Of a stretch of DNA of 64,000 nucleotides, positions 31,473-40,906 are shown one piece after another. The stretch covers positions 25,595-89,594 of the forward strand of contig CAMPBS010000003.1 in the NCBI GenBank assembly GCA_946639585.1. The letters are read 5' to 3'. The position numbers were made by a program, and so were the translations under genes. The notes beneath the pieces are model-generated. The model was given only the letters and a program-made list of their open reading frames with translations. It did no database searches and was not told the DNA's origin. This DNA comes from an uncultured Clostridium sp. Its GTDB lineage: Bacteria > Bacillota > Clostridia > TANB77 > CAG-508. Within the stretch, counting starts at the first letter, position 1. The number at the start of each line of letters is the position of its first letter.

Positions 31473-32672
31473 ATGAAGATTTTAGTACTAAACTGTGGTA
31501 GTTCATCACTTAAATACCAATTAATTAACATGGAAACAGAAGAAGTTATGGCTTCTGGAAAATATGAAAGAATAGGAGAAGAAGAAGCATATATTACACA
31601 CAAAGTAAATGGTCAAAAAATAGAAATAAAACACACAGCTTATGACCATGAAGAAGCAATAGACTTTACTTTAAAACAACTAGTAAATCCAGCATATAAA
31701 GTTGTAGATTCACTAGATGAAGTAAATGCAATTGGACACAGAGTTGTTCATGGTGGAGAATATTTCTCAACACCAGTACTTATTACAGAAGAAGTAATAA
31801 ACAAAGTTGAATTAGCAGCAGAGCTTGCGCCATTACACAATAAAGCAGCTGCACAAGGAATGAGAGCATGTCAAGCTGTTATGCCTGGTAAACCAATGGT
31901 TGTTGTATTTGATACAGCTTTCCATCAATCAATTCCAAAAGAAAGATATATTTATCCAATTCCTTATGAATATTACAAAAAATATGGAATTAGAAAATAT
32001 GGATTCCATGGAACATCACATCAATATGTTGCTAATAGATTAGCAGAAATAGAAAATAAATCAATAGAAGATTTAAAAATAGTAACATGTCATTTAGGAC
32101 AAGGGTCAAGTATATGTGCTGTTAAAGGTGGAAAATCAGTTGACACAAGCATGGGATTAACACCACTTGCAGGAATCCCAATGGTTACAAGAAGCGGAGA
32201 TTTAGATCCATCTGTTGTAACTTATATTATGAAAAAAGAAAATATGACAGCTGACCAAGTTGAAGATATGTTAAACAAAGAATCTGGAGTAATGGGAATT
32301 TCAGGATTAGCACCAGATTTCAGAGTTATAGAATCAGCTTCTTATGAAGACAATGAAAGAGCATCATTAGCTATGGAAGCATTTAAATATGCAATAGCTG
32401 GATTTATAGCTAAATATGCAGTTGCAATGAATGGAATTGATGCAGTAGTATTCACTGGTGGAGTTGGAGAAAACCAAATAAACATCAGAAAAGGAATATG
32501 TAAACAACTTGAGTTTATGGGATTAATAGTTGATGAAGAGGCTAACAACGTAAGAAGTGAAGAAAGATTAATAACAAAACCAGAATCTAAAATAAGAGCA
32601 TATATAATTCCAACAAATGAAGAACTTATGATAGCTAAAGAAACAGAAAAATTAGTAAAATATATCAAATAA
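31473..32672 (+). CDS. acetate/propionate-family kinase, second tandem paralogue
   Basis: Motifs MKILVLNCGSSSLKYQ, GHRVVHGG, APLHNKA (differs from the NPA of the first copy), FHGTSHQYV and PTNEE. Confidence 0.85.
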   Translation: MKILVLNCGSSSLKYQLINMETEEVMASGKYERIGEEEAYITHKVNGQKIEIKHTAYDHEEAIDFTLKQLVNPAYKVVDSLDEVNAIGHRVVHGGEYFSTPVLITEEVINKVELAAELAPLHNKAAAQGMRACQAVMPGKPMVVVFDTAFHQSIPKERYIYPIPYEYYKKYGIRKYGFHGTSHQYVANRLAEIENKSIEDLKIVTCHLGQGSSICAVKGGKSVDTSMGLTPLAGIPMVTRSGDLDPSVVTYIMKKENMTADQVEDMLNKESGVMGISGLAPDFRVIESASYEDNERASLAMEAFKYAIAGFIAKYAVAMNGIDAVVFTGGVGENQINIRKGICKQLEFMGLIVDEEANNVRSEERLITKPESKIRAYIIPTNEELMIAKETEKLVKYIK

Positions 32673-32767
32673 TAAAGCAAAATGATGGCAAAAGCCATCA
32701 TTTTTATTGACAAATTTATGTCAAAAATATATAATACAGGAAATTGTCTTTAAAGAGGAGGGATAAT

Positions 32768-33769
32768 ATGAAAAAACAAATACTAAGTGGAATTCAACCA
32801 TCTGGAATTTTAACATTGGGAAATTATCTGGGGGCGTTAAGAAATTGGGTGAAGATTCAAGATGATGAGGAATATGACTGCAAATTCTTTGTTGCAGATT
32901 TACACGCAATCACAGTTAGCCAAGAGCCAGAAACATTAAGAAATAACATTAAAAGCATAATCATGCAATATTTAGCATGTGGGTTAGACCCAGAAAAAAA
33001 TACAATATTCATTCAATCACATGTGCATGAACATTCTGAACTAGGCTGGTTATTAAACAATTATACATATATGGGCGAACTTAGCCGTATGACACAATTT
33101 AAAGATAAATCTAAAAAACAAGATAATGTAAAAGTTGGTTTATTCGATTATCCAGTACTTATGGCAGCAGATATTTTATTATATGATGCAGACCTTGTAC
33201 CAGTTGGGCAAGACCAAAAACAACATATAGAAATAACAAGAGATATAGCTCAAAGATTTAACTCATTATACAAAAAGGAAATATTTAAAATACCAAGTCC
33301 TTTAATTACACAAAATACTGCTAAGATAATGAGTTTACAAGAACCAACAAAGAAAATGTCTAAATCAGATGAAAATAAAGAAGCAACAATATTCTTACTA
33401 GATTCAAGAGAAGTAATAACAAAGAAAATTAAAAAAGCTGTTACAGATTCTGAAAATGTTGTAAGATATTCAGATGAAAAGCCAGGAATTAAAAACTTAA
33501 TAAATATCTATTCAGCAGTAACAGATAAAACAATTCCAGAAATTGAAGAAGAATTTAAAGATTCTGGCTATGGAAAATTCAAACAAGCGGTCGCAGATGC
33601 AGTTGCAGACTTATTAGAACCGATTCAAGCAAAATATGCTGAATTAGCTTTGCCAGAAAATGATGAATACATAAAAGGCATTTGCAAAAGAGGTGCAGAA
33701 GTAGCACATGAAATTGCAAGCAAAAAACTAAAAGAAGTACAAGAAGCTATAGGATATAGAACTATATAA
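32768..33769 (+). CDS. trpS: tryptophan--tRNA ligase
   Basis: Motifs ..GIQPSGILTLGNYLGA.. and KMSKS. ATG 32768 follows GAGGAGGG. Confidence 0.9.
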   Translation: MKKQILSGIQPSGILTLGNYLGALRNWVKIQDDEEYDCKFFVADLHAITVSQEPETLRNNIKSIIMQYLACGLDPEKNTIFIQSHVHEHSELGWLLNNYTYMGELSRMTQFKDKSKKQDNVKVGLFDYPVLMAADILLYDADLVPVGQDQKQHIEITRDIAQRFNSLYKKEIFKIPSPLITQNTAKIMSLQEPTKKMSKSDENKEATIFLLDSREVITKKIKKAVTDSENVVRYSDEKPGIKNLINIYSAVTDKTIPEIEEEFKDSGYGKFKQAVADAVADLLEPIQAKYAELALPENDEYIKGICKRGAEVAHEIASKKLKEVQEAIGYRTI

Positions 33770-33859
33770 GTTTTATGCAAATTAGGACACTTTAGAGATG
33801 CAGGAATTTATGCATTTCTAAGGTGTTTTAAATTTCAGCTAAAAATAATATAATTTATG

Positions 33860-33888
33860 TTGACTGAATGAGGGATTGATGTTATAAT
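33860..33888 (+). promoter_or_regulatory. near-consensus sigma-A promoter of the purA-like gene
   Basis: TTGACT at 33860-33865, 17-nt spacer, TATAAT at 33883-33888. Confidence 0.55.
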
Positions 33889-33937
33889 GCACCTGTAAGT
33901 TATTTGTAACACAACTTAGTTTAAGGAGGTTAAAACT

Positions 33938-35209
33938 ATGGCTGTAAAAGTTATTATTGGAGCCTTTTGGGGCGACGAAGGCAAAGGCAAATGTGCCCAT
34001 TACGAGGCGGCAGATGCCAAAGTGTCAATCCGGTCAACCGGAGGGGCTAATGCAGGGCACACAATCGTTGTAAACGGCGAGAAGTATGCAATGCATTTAC
34101 TTCCCTCCTCAATACTGAGGGAGGATGTAAAATCTGTAATTGGTCCTGGCGTTGTTGTCGACCTGGAAGTTATTTCAAATGAAATCAAAACAATTAAGGC
34201 TGCTGGCATCAAGCCAAACCTTTATATCAGTGACAGAGCTTGCATTGTTCTGCCAACTGATAAGAAAATGGATGGTTTCGTTGAGAATATTAGAAAAACC
34301 AAGGTAGGGACGACAAATAGAGGCATAGGTCCTGCTTATGCAGCAAAGGACCATAGAATTGCTATTCGAATGGGAGATTTTAAAAGTGTTTACTGCGGAG
34401 ACATTGTGGATAAGTTACAGTGTAATGTTGAGTTCGCAATGCTTTTCGATTTCGATCCATATAGGAAACATCAATATTTTGAAAAGCTTTATAACTATTT
34501 ATACGAATATATTGATGAAATAATTCCTTATATTTGCGACACGCAGAAAATCATAAACAGAGCTCTTTCAAAAAAAGAAACAATTATTATTGAAGGTGCG
34601 CAGGCCATGTATCTTGACAAAGACCACGGCGATTACCCTTATGTTACGAGTAGTAATCCTACTGCTGCGGGAGCATGCTGTGGTGCAGGAATTGGCCCTA
34701 TGTACGTCACTGATGTAATAGGCGTAATGAAGGCTTATTGTTCCAGAGTGGGCGAAGGACCTTTCCAAACTGAGTTATTTGACGAAGTTGGGGAAAAAAT
34801 TCGTGAACTCGGACACGAGTATGGAACAACAACAGGCAGACCCAGGAGGTGTGGCTGGCTTGACCTAGTCAGAGCCCAAAATGCTGTTATGGTCAACAGC
34901 ATAAGCTGCTGGTGTGTGAATCACATTGACACAATCGGAAAAATAGGTAATCAATTTGGCTCGATAAAAGTATGCACTTCATACAAATACAGAGGCAAAG
35001 AAATCGACTATGTTCCTATAGATTCACAGAACGCTAAACCAGTCTACAAGGAATTTACAGGTGGCTGGGATACAACAGGGTGCAAAACCTATAATGATCT
35101 TCCTGTAAATGCAAGAAACTATATTGCGTTTATTGAAGAGTATACTGGAGTACCGGTAAAATACATTGGCATTGGCCCTGCTGATACTGATGTAATAATA
35201 AAAAAATAA
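33938..35209 (+). CDS. purA: adenylosuccinate synthase-like protein, divergent and compositionally foreign
   Basis: Motifs GDEGKGK, GGANAGHT, GTTNRGIGPAY, YVTSSN and TTGRPRRCGW. Where PurA normally has TKLD, this protein has VNHID. Several 60-nt lines are 55-57% G+C. Confidence 0.8.
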   Translation: MAVKVIIGAFWGDEGKGKCAHYEAADAKVSIRSTGGANAGHTIVVNGEKYAMHLLPSSILREDVKSVIGPGVVVDLEVISNEIKTIKAAGIKPNLYISDRACIVLPTDKKMDGFVENIRKTKVGTTNRGIGPAYAAKDHRIAIRMGDFKSVYCGDIVDKLQCNVEFAMLFDFDPYRKHQYFEKLYNYLYEYIDEIIPYICDTQKIINRALSKKETIIIEGAQAMYLDKDHGDYPYVTSSNPTAAGACCGAGIGPMYVTDVIGVMKAYCSRVGEGPFQTELFDEVGEKIRELGHEYGTTTGRPRRCGWLDLVRAQNAVMVNSISCWCVNHIDTIGKIGNQFGSIKVCTSYKYRGKEIDYVPIDSQNAKPVYKEFTGGWDTTGCKTYNDLPVNARNYIAFIEEYTGVPVKYIGIGPADTDVIIKK

Positions 35210-35338
35210 CAACATAGTTACAAACCAAACTTACAAGGAGCTCATAATTTGGGCTCCTTTTTTATTTCCTTTTTGAACTTTATTTACATAATTACATATT
35301 ATATATTATGAAATTATAAATGAAGGGAGGGGGAGTGC

Positions 35339-35919
35339 TTGGAAATAAAAGGTAAGAAAATAGGCTTTGTACTTACAGGCTCATTTTGTACATTCAGTAA
35401 AACTATTCCTAAAATGAAAGAACTTGTTGAAAAGGGGGCAGAAGTTATTCCGATAATGTCTTACAATGCATATAATTTAGATACTAAATTTGGTAAATCT
35501 GAAGATTTTATAAAAGAAATAGAAGAAATAACAGGAAAAGAAATAATCCATACAATTCAAGGAGCTGAGCCGATAGGACCTAAAAAACTAACAGACATTA
35601 TGGTTGTTGCTCCAGCATCGCGGAAATACAATGGCAAAATTAGCAAATGATATAATAGATACACCTCGGTTTGATGGCCATAAAATCACATCTTCGCAAT
35701 AATCTGCCAGTTGTAATAGCTCCATCAACCAATAATGCTTTAAGCGGAAATGCTGAAAATATTGGTAAATTATTAAATAGAAAGAATTATTATTTTGTTC
35801 CATTTAAACAGGATAATCCAATAACAAAGCCAAGGTCTGTTGTATTTGATTTTGAATATCTAATAAAAACAATAGAATTTGCTTTAGATAATGAGCAAAT
35901 TCAGCCTATATTGTTGTGA
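35339..35919 (+). pseudogene. dpaB: dipicolinate synthase subunit B (flavoprotein), frame broken twice (+1 needed at 35621 and 35667)
   Basis: TTG start after GGGAGGGGGAG. MEIKGKKIGFVLTGSFCT..DIMVVAPAS, then in-frame CGG 35621-35623. The +1 frame gives GNTMAKLANDIIDTP, then in-frame CGG 35667-35669. The next +1 frame gives GLMAIKSHLRNNLPVVIAPSTNNAL..QPILL. The product is colinear with SpoVFB as I recall it. Confidence 0.7.
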
Positions 35920-35956
35920 ATATATAGCTAAAACTAAAAAAGAGCATAGCTCTTTT

Positions 35957-36943
35957 TTAGTTTTTAATATCTGCTAAAGGGTTATTTTCTACCGCGTTTC
36001 TAACTTGTTCATTTTCGACATGAGTATAAATCTCTGTTGTAGAAATACTTTCGTGGCCAAGCAAAACTTGCAACGCTCTTATATCAACTTGTCCATATTG
36101 ATACATTAATGTTGCAGCAGTGTGGCGAAGTTTATGTACAGAGCATTGTTTAGAATCTAAGCCTGCATTATGAAGTTCTTTTTCTACAATATGTTGAACA
36201 GTTCTTCTACCAATACGAGTTTGTCTTTCACTTAAAAATAAAGCTTTGTCAGAATTTTTGGCATCTTTTTTTCCTTGTGGGCGACTTTCTCTATAATCTT
36301 GAATTGCTTTCATACAAGCTTTATTTAGATAGATAGTTCTTTCCTTGTTACCTTTTCCAATTACAGTTAATTTACACTCAGAAAAATCAATATCTGTTGT
36401 ATTTATTCCAACTAATTCGGATAGACGCATACCACAATTTAAAAATAAAGTTATAATCGCATAATCTCTGATTGCATTTCTGTTTTCATCTTCATTTGCA
36501 GTTATTTCTAGTAGTTTTTGACTATCTTCTAATGACAAATATTTAGGAAGTCTTCTATCAAGCTTAGGACTTTCCAAATTTTGAGCAGGATTAACTTCTA
36601 GAATTTTTTCTTTTTGAGTTAAGTATTTAAAAAATATTCTAATAGTAGATGCTTTTCTAGCTCTAGTTGCAGCTTTACTATGGAATGTGGCTGTCATATA
36701 AGCTAAATAAGCATGAATATCATTTAAGGTTATTTTTCTTAGTGTATCATAAGAGATGTCGTTTATTGTGATATTATCAAGCTCAGTTTCTTTGGTTAAA
36801 TTAAAATGTCTTTTAATAAACTTTAGGAAATTTGATATATCATAATTATATTCTTTAATTGAATTAGATGATTTATTTAAAATAGTTGCAGAATAATCTA
36901 AAAATGAATTTAGATATTCTGGGTTTTCATTTCTATCTGACAT
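35957..36943 (-). CDS. tyrosine recombinase, XerC/phage-integrase family
   Basis: Motifs ..NCGMRLSE.., ..HKLRHTAATLM.. and ..LGHESISTTEIYTH... Confidence 0.8.
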   Translation of the reverse strand: MSDRNENPEYLNSFLDYSATILNKSSNSIKEYNYDISNFLKFIKRHFNLTKETELDNITINDISYDTLRKITLNDIHAYLAYMTATFHSKAATRARKASTIRIFFKYLTQKEKILEVNPAQNLESPKLDRRLPKYLSLEDSQKLLEITANEDENRNAIRDYAIITLFLNCGMRLSELVGINTTDIDFSECKLTVIGKGNKERTIYLNKACMKAIQDYRESRPQGKKDAKNSDKALFLSERQTRIGRRTVQHIVEKELHNAGLDSKQCSVHKLRHTAATLMYQYGQVDIRALQVLLGHESISTTEIYTHVENEQVRNAVENNPLADIKN

Positions 36944-37010
36944 TTAAATTATCTCCTTTCATGTTTTGGTATTTTGCCAGTATTAGATATATTTAGTCTG
37001 CAAACATAAT

Positions 37011-38342
37011 TTAATGTGTAACTATAAATGTTACAATAGAGTTTGCATCTAAATTATCATGAAAATATTGATTTTCAATGCAAAGATTATATTCAATATT
37101 AAAAGCATTTTTATTTAAAAGCACAACAACAATAGAATTGCCAGTGTTTCTAAATGCTGTTACATTGATGCTTTCAGTAAACCTACTAAAACCAATTCTA
37201 TGAGCACCTGGTTTTATAAATTTACTGAATTGTGCTATATAATAAAATGCAGGAGTTTTAATACAATCTGAATTATCGTTATTTAGCATAATAGGACTAT
37301 TACAATTATTATTTTTATGGTTTGGACCACCTTTGTAATCTAATACCATATTCCAATCTATAAAAGCATTTACACCGCTATTCAAGTCGCCAATAATCTC
37401 ACTGGCATACATTTGGGCGTTAAACAATTCGTCTTCTGGTTTGAAATGAGAATAACCAGTACAGCCTTCTGTATGAATTAAAAGCTTATTAGGGAATAGG
37501 TCATGTAGAATTTCAAGGTTTTCAAAGTGAGTTCCTGTATACCAATGGAAGGCAATTCCTGAAACATGTTCTAGTGCACCATATTTTATTAAAGTTTCTG
37601 TTGTTCTATTTACAATATTGTCTTTATTATGGTCCCAAATTAAAAAGTTTACAAATAAATTATTATCCATAAAAGTAGGGAATAGGTAATTCTTTAAAAA
37701 ATCCGCTTCTTCTTCAGTTGTAAACTTACAAGACTCCCATGATTGCGATGCGTTTGGCTCATTTTGAATAGTCATATAATCAATATTTATACCATGTTTT
37801 TGATATTCAAGAACATATTTTGCTAAATAATTTGCCCATGTTTGTTTAAATTCATTTTTAAGCTTTCCGCCATGATACAAACTCTTGTTATCCTTCATAA
37901 AAGCAGGAGGAGACCATGGTGTAGCCAAGAATTTAAGACTTTTATTTCTGTTTTGAGCCTGTTTTATTGTTGGAATAATAAATGTAGCATCTTCTGAAAT
38001 ATTAAAGTCTGACAAGTCTTTTTTAGAAGAATATGAATAGCTTTTAGGAGAAAAGTCTGAACTTGCAATAGTTAATCTGCAAAGCGAATAGTTTAAACCA
38101 TCTTCATTAAAATATTCATCTAAAATAGCATTGCTTACCGCTTCTGGTGCATTTGCCAAACAATAACAAGTTGAACCAGTAAAAGCACCGCCAAATCCAA
38201 TAATATCTTGGTATTTAATATCTTTATAAATGTTTAAAACATTATTTTCAATTTTATCAGTGTAAGGTTTTATATTTTTAACTTCTGTTTGATGTAAATA
38301 CAAACCTCTTTTTATATTTGTTTCAAATTTGGTTATTTTCAT
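37011..38342 (-). CDS. glycoside hydrolase family 30 (glucosylceramidase-like)
   Basis: Motifs ..TIQNEPN.. (acid/base Glu) and ..IHTEGC.. (nucleophile Glu). ATG 38342 has an AAGGA RBS and is preferred over the listed TTG at 38444. Confidence 0.7.
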   Translation of the reverse strand: MKITKFETNIKRGLYLHQTEVKNIKPYTDKIENNVLNIYKDIKYQDIIGFGGAFTGSTCYCLANAPEAVSNAILDEYFNEDGLNYSLCRLTIASSDFSPKSYSYSSKKDLSDFNISEDATFIIPTIKQAQNRNKSLKFLATPWSPPAFMKDNKSLYHGGKLKNEFKQTWANYLAKYVLEYQKHGINIDYMTIQNEPNASQSWESCKFTTEEEADFLKNYLFPTFMDNNLFVNFLIWDHNKDNIVNRTTETLIKYGALEHVSGIAFHWYTGTHFENLEILHDLFPNKLLIHTEGCTGYSHFKPEDELFNAQMYASEIIGDLNSGVNAFIDWNMVLDYKGGPNHKNNNCNSPIMLNNDNSDCIKTPAFYYIAQFSKFIKPGAHRIGFSRFTESINVTAFRNTGNSIVVVLLNKNAFNIEYNLCIENQYFHDNLDANSIVTFIVTH

Positions 38343-38619
38343 ATAATTAAATCCTTTAAAGTTAGTATAATATATACTTAATACAAACAAATTATATACT
38401 AATAAAACAAAAAAAGAAATACATTTCAAAAAAATTTTGTGCAAAGTTTGATTAAAATAAAAATAAATGAAAATAATCTATGTGGGGAAAGATTAGGATT
38501 TGTGTTGTATTGGAACTTTTTATAAAATAAAATGAAAAAAATAGAAAAATTTTCAAAAATGGGTTGACAAATGGGGTAGAAGTAATGTAAAATTATATAT
38601 GTGCTTGAGCTGATTACAT

Positions 38620-38697
38620 GGTGGATGTAGCGTAGTTGGTTAACGCGCCAGTTTGTGGCACTGGAGACCGTGGGTTCGAGTCCCATCTTCCACCCCA
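38620..38697 (+). tRNA. tRNA-His (anticodon GUG) with G-1 and encoded CCA
   Basis: G-1 plus acceptor GTGGATG, anticodon stem CCAGT/ACTGG with loop TTGTGGC, T arm GTGGG-TTCGAGT-CCCAT. A TTGACA/TAAAAT promoter lies upstream. Confidence 0.9.
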
Positions 38698-38734
38698 TTT
38701 AAATTACTTTTTAAAGTACAAATTAAATATACAT

Positions 38735-38809
38735 TGGACTGTAGCCAAGCGGTAAGGCACCAGACTTTGACTCTGGCATGCGCTAGTTCGAATCTAGCCA
38801 GTCCAGCCA
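38735..38809 (+). tRNA. tRNA-Gln (anticodon UUG), CCA encoded
   Basis: Acceptor TGGACTG/CAGTCCA, anticodon stem CCAGA/TCTGG with loop CTTTGAC, T arm GCTAG-TTCGAAT-CTAGC. Confidence 0.9.
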
Positions 38810-38811
38810 AT

Positions 38812-38846
38812 AAAACTGTCGAATTAATCGACAGTTTTTATTTTTT
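38812..38846 (+). terminator. intrinsic terminator after the tRNA pair
   Basis: AAAACTGTCGA-ATTAA-TCGACAGTTTT followed by a T run. Confidence 0.7.
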
Positions 38847-39002
38847 ATATGGTTCATGTCAACTTTACATTTATGTTAATATATGATATACTCTTTTTAA
38901 TATTTTATAATCAGGTCATGCACCTGTTTTCATATAAAGCAAACCGATCAAATAGTAAAGTCAGGCTGTTTGAGTTTCTTAATAATTTAAGGAGGTTAGT
39001 AA

Positions 39003-39770
39003 ATGAAAATAACTGTAGATCTTTTGACTCTTACGGATCAAACCCGGAATATGCTTTTGAAAGAAATAGCTGACAGGGAAACTCTTTCAATGCTTTCAAA
39101 AGACAGCGATAGGGAAATAAGAATTAGTATTGCACAAAATAAACGCGCTCCAAAGGAAGTTTTATCTAATCTAGCAAAAGATAAAGAATGTAAGGTTAGG
39201 TGCGAGGTAGCCAAAAATAATCGCACACTTCCAAAGGATTTACTTAAACTGGCTAAGGATATAGAAGTTGAAGTCAGGACGAATGTTGCAGGAAATACTA
39301 ATTCTCCAGCAGAGGCTTTAGAAAAGCTTGCACACGATTCGTGTGACCAAGTTCGGCAAGCTGTAGCTGGAAATATCAGGGCGACCAAGGAAATATTATC
39401 TATTCTTGCTAGAGACAAAAATAGGTATATTAGAAACGCTGTTGCATATAATGACAGTGTTTATTTGGAAAACCTGGAAATACTTTATAAAGACATCAGC
39501 GAATTTGTTAGATTTAAAGTTGCATCTAATAAAAGGTCAACTACTAAAATCTTATTAAAACTTGCTGAAGACATTGATGACAACGTGAGACTTGCGGTTG
39601 CAGAAAACCCAAACACATCTCCAGCAATATTAGCTAAGCTGGCTGAGGATAAAGTACCCTTTGTAAGGGTAGCCGTTGCAGTAAACCCCAATACATCATC
39701 AGAAATTGTTTCGATACTTCGTAGAGACAAAGATAAAGAAGTTCGGAATGCTACTAAACTGAGAATTTAA
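39003..39770 (+). CDS. leucine-rich-repeat-variant / HEAT-like repeat protein
   Basis: About ten tandem ~23-aa repeats of the form ..VR.AVA.N..TP.E.L..LA.D... Strong RBS AAGGAGG. Uses in-frame CGG for the repeat Arg. Confidence 0.6.
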   Translation: MKITVDLLTLTDQTRNMLLKEIADRETLSMLSKDSDREIRISIAQNKRAPKEVLSNLAKDKECKVRCEVAKNNRTLPKDLLKLAKDIEVEVRTNVAGNTNSPAEALEKLAHDSCDQVRQAVAGNIRATKEILSILARDKNRYIRNAVAYNDSVYLENLEILYKDISEFVRFKVASNKRSTTKILLKLAEDIDDNVRLAVAENPNTSPAILAKLAEDKVPFVRVAVAVNPNTSSEIVSILRRDKDKEVRNATKLRI

Positions 39771-39944
39771 ACTGACTAATAGAAGAGTTTTTGCTTTTGC
39801 AGAAGCTCTTTTATTTTTTTAAAAAATAATCAAAAAAACTTGTCAATTTTTAGAGGAAATGATATATTGAAATTGGCCGAAATGTTAGTTACATATCTTG
39901 ACTTTTTTATAAAAATCAGGATGAACGACAAAAGGAGGTAAGAG

Positions 39945-40250
39945 ATGGAATATTCTAAATTCAACGAAATACGAGTTTCGACACGGGCAAAAAATTATTT
40001 AATTTATTGGCGGTATGAAAAGGGAAAAGGCGGACTATACAATAGAAAATGTCAAGTTGTGGAATATTCCACAGGTCTACTTGCCATGCCAATTATGCAC
40101 GAAATAATAAGGAAAATAGTAAAACTTGAGCTTAATAGTAAACTAGAGCTTATTACTGAAACCCAAATGCCACTCGGCGGAATTCGTGAAGAACTTTTTA
40201 CCAGCAGTGATATAATTACTGGTATAGAGTTTGGAGAAAAAATAGAGTAG
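39945..40250 (+). CDS. hypothetical protein
   Basis: 101-aa ORF after AAAGGAGG. Two in-frame CGG codons. No family recognised. Confidence 0.4.
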   Translation: MEYSKFNEIRVSTRAKNYLIYWRYEKGKGGLYNRKCQVVEYSTGLLAMPIMHEIIRKIVKLELNSKLELITETQMPLGGIREELFTSSDIITGIEFGEKIE

Positions 40251-40395
40251 AGCCATTATAAAGCACCAAGCATAATTGCATTGGTGCTGTTTTTAATTTA
40301 AATAATATTCGAAATTGTATTTTAATTAATTGCACTTTTGAAAGTTGTTTTTTTAATTAAGTTGTGCTAACATATACAAAAGAGAGGAGTTTAAA

Positions 40396-40833
40396 ATGAA
40401 AGCAGTAATTCAAAGAGTAACACAAGCAAGTGTTACAGTAGAAGGAAAAGAAATAAGCAAAATAGAGAAAGGATTTTTAGTATTAGTTGGGATAACACAT
40501 ACAGATACTGAAAAAGAAGCGGACTTTATTGCTAAAAAGGTGACAAATTTAAGAGTATTTGAAGATGAAAATGGCAAGATGAATTTAAGCATAAAAGATG
40601 TAGGAGGAGAACTTTTGATTGTTTCTCAATTTACATTATATGGGGAGTGTGAAAAAGGAAATAGACCATCTTTTACAGAAGCGGCAAAACCAGAGATAGC
40701 AAATCCATTATATGAATACTTCTGTAAAAAATGTGAGGAGACAGGAATCAAAGTAAAAAAGGGAATTTTCGGTGCTGACATGAAGGTTAATTTACTAAAT
40801 GATGGACCTGTAACACTAATAATTGAAAAATAA
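40396..40833 (+). CDS. dtd: D-aminoacyl-tRNA deacylase
   Basis: Motifs MKAVIQRV.., ..SQFTLYG.. and ..NDGPVT... Confidence 0.9.
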   Translation: MKAVIQRVTQASVTVEGKEISKIEKGFLVLVGITHTDTEKEADFIAKKVTNLRVFEDENGKMNLSIKDVGGELLIVSQFTLYGECEKGNRPSFTEAAKPEIANPLYEYFCKKCEETGIKVKKGIFGADMKVNLLNDGPVTLIIEK

Positions 40834-40906
40834 TTATAATACACTTGCAATTTAAAAATATATGTGTTAAAGTATATATTGTTAAAAAAATAAGGGAGGA
40901 AAAAAT

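Noticed and set aside
32673-32767. T-box leader upstream of trpS.
   Set aside because: Only about 95 nt separate the ack paralogue stop from the trpS start. Most of that is the upstream terminator hairpin. There is no specifier-loop or T-box sequence and not enough room for one.
33938-35209. Calling the purA-like gene a phage-type PurZ (2-aminoadenine pathway).
   Set aside because: None of the companion genes (MazZ/DatZ/DpoZ-like) or any phage context is present. I cannot verify PurZ-diagnostic residues from memory. Only the atypical composition and motif variants are reported.
38426-38886. ORFs 38426-38698c and 38653-38886 overlapping the tRNA-His and tRNA-Gln genes.
   Set aside because: They are read through two well-formed tRNA cloverleaves and a terminator, and there are no translation signals.
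35957-40300. An integrative element spanning the tyrosine recombinase, GH30 gene, tRNAs and LRV islet.
   Set aside because: I could find no flanking direct repeats or att-like duplication of a tRNA 3' end. The recombinase looks like a chromosomal Xer-type paralogue, and the GH30 gene has native-like composition.
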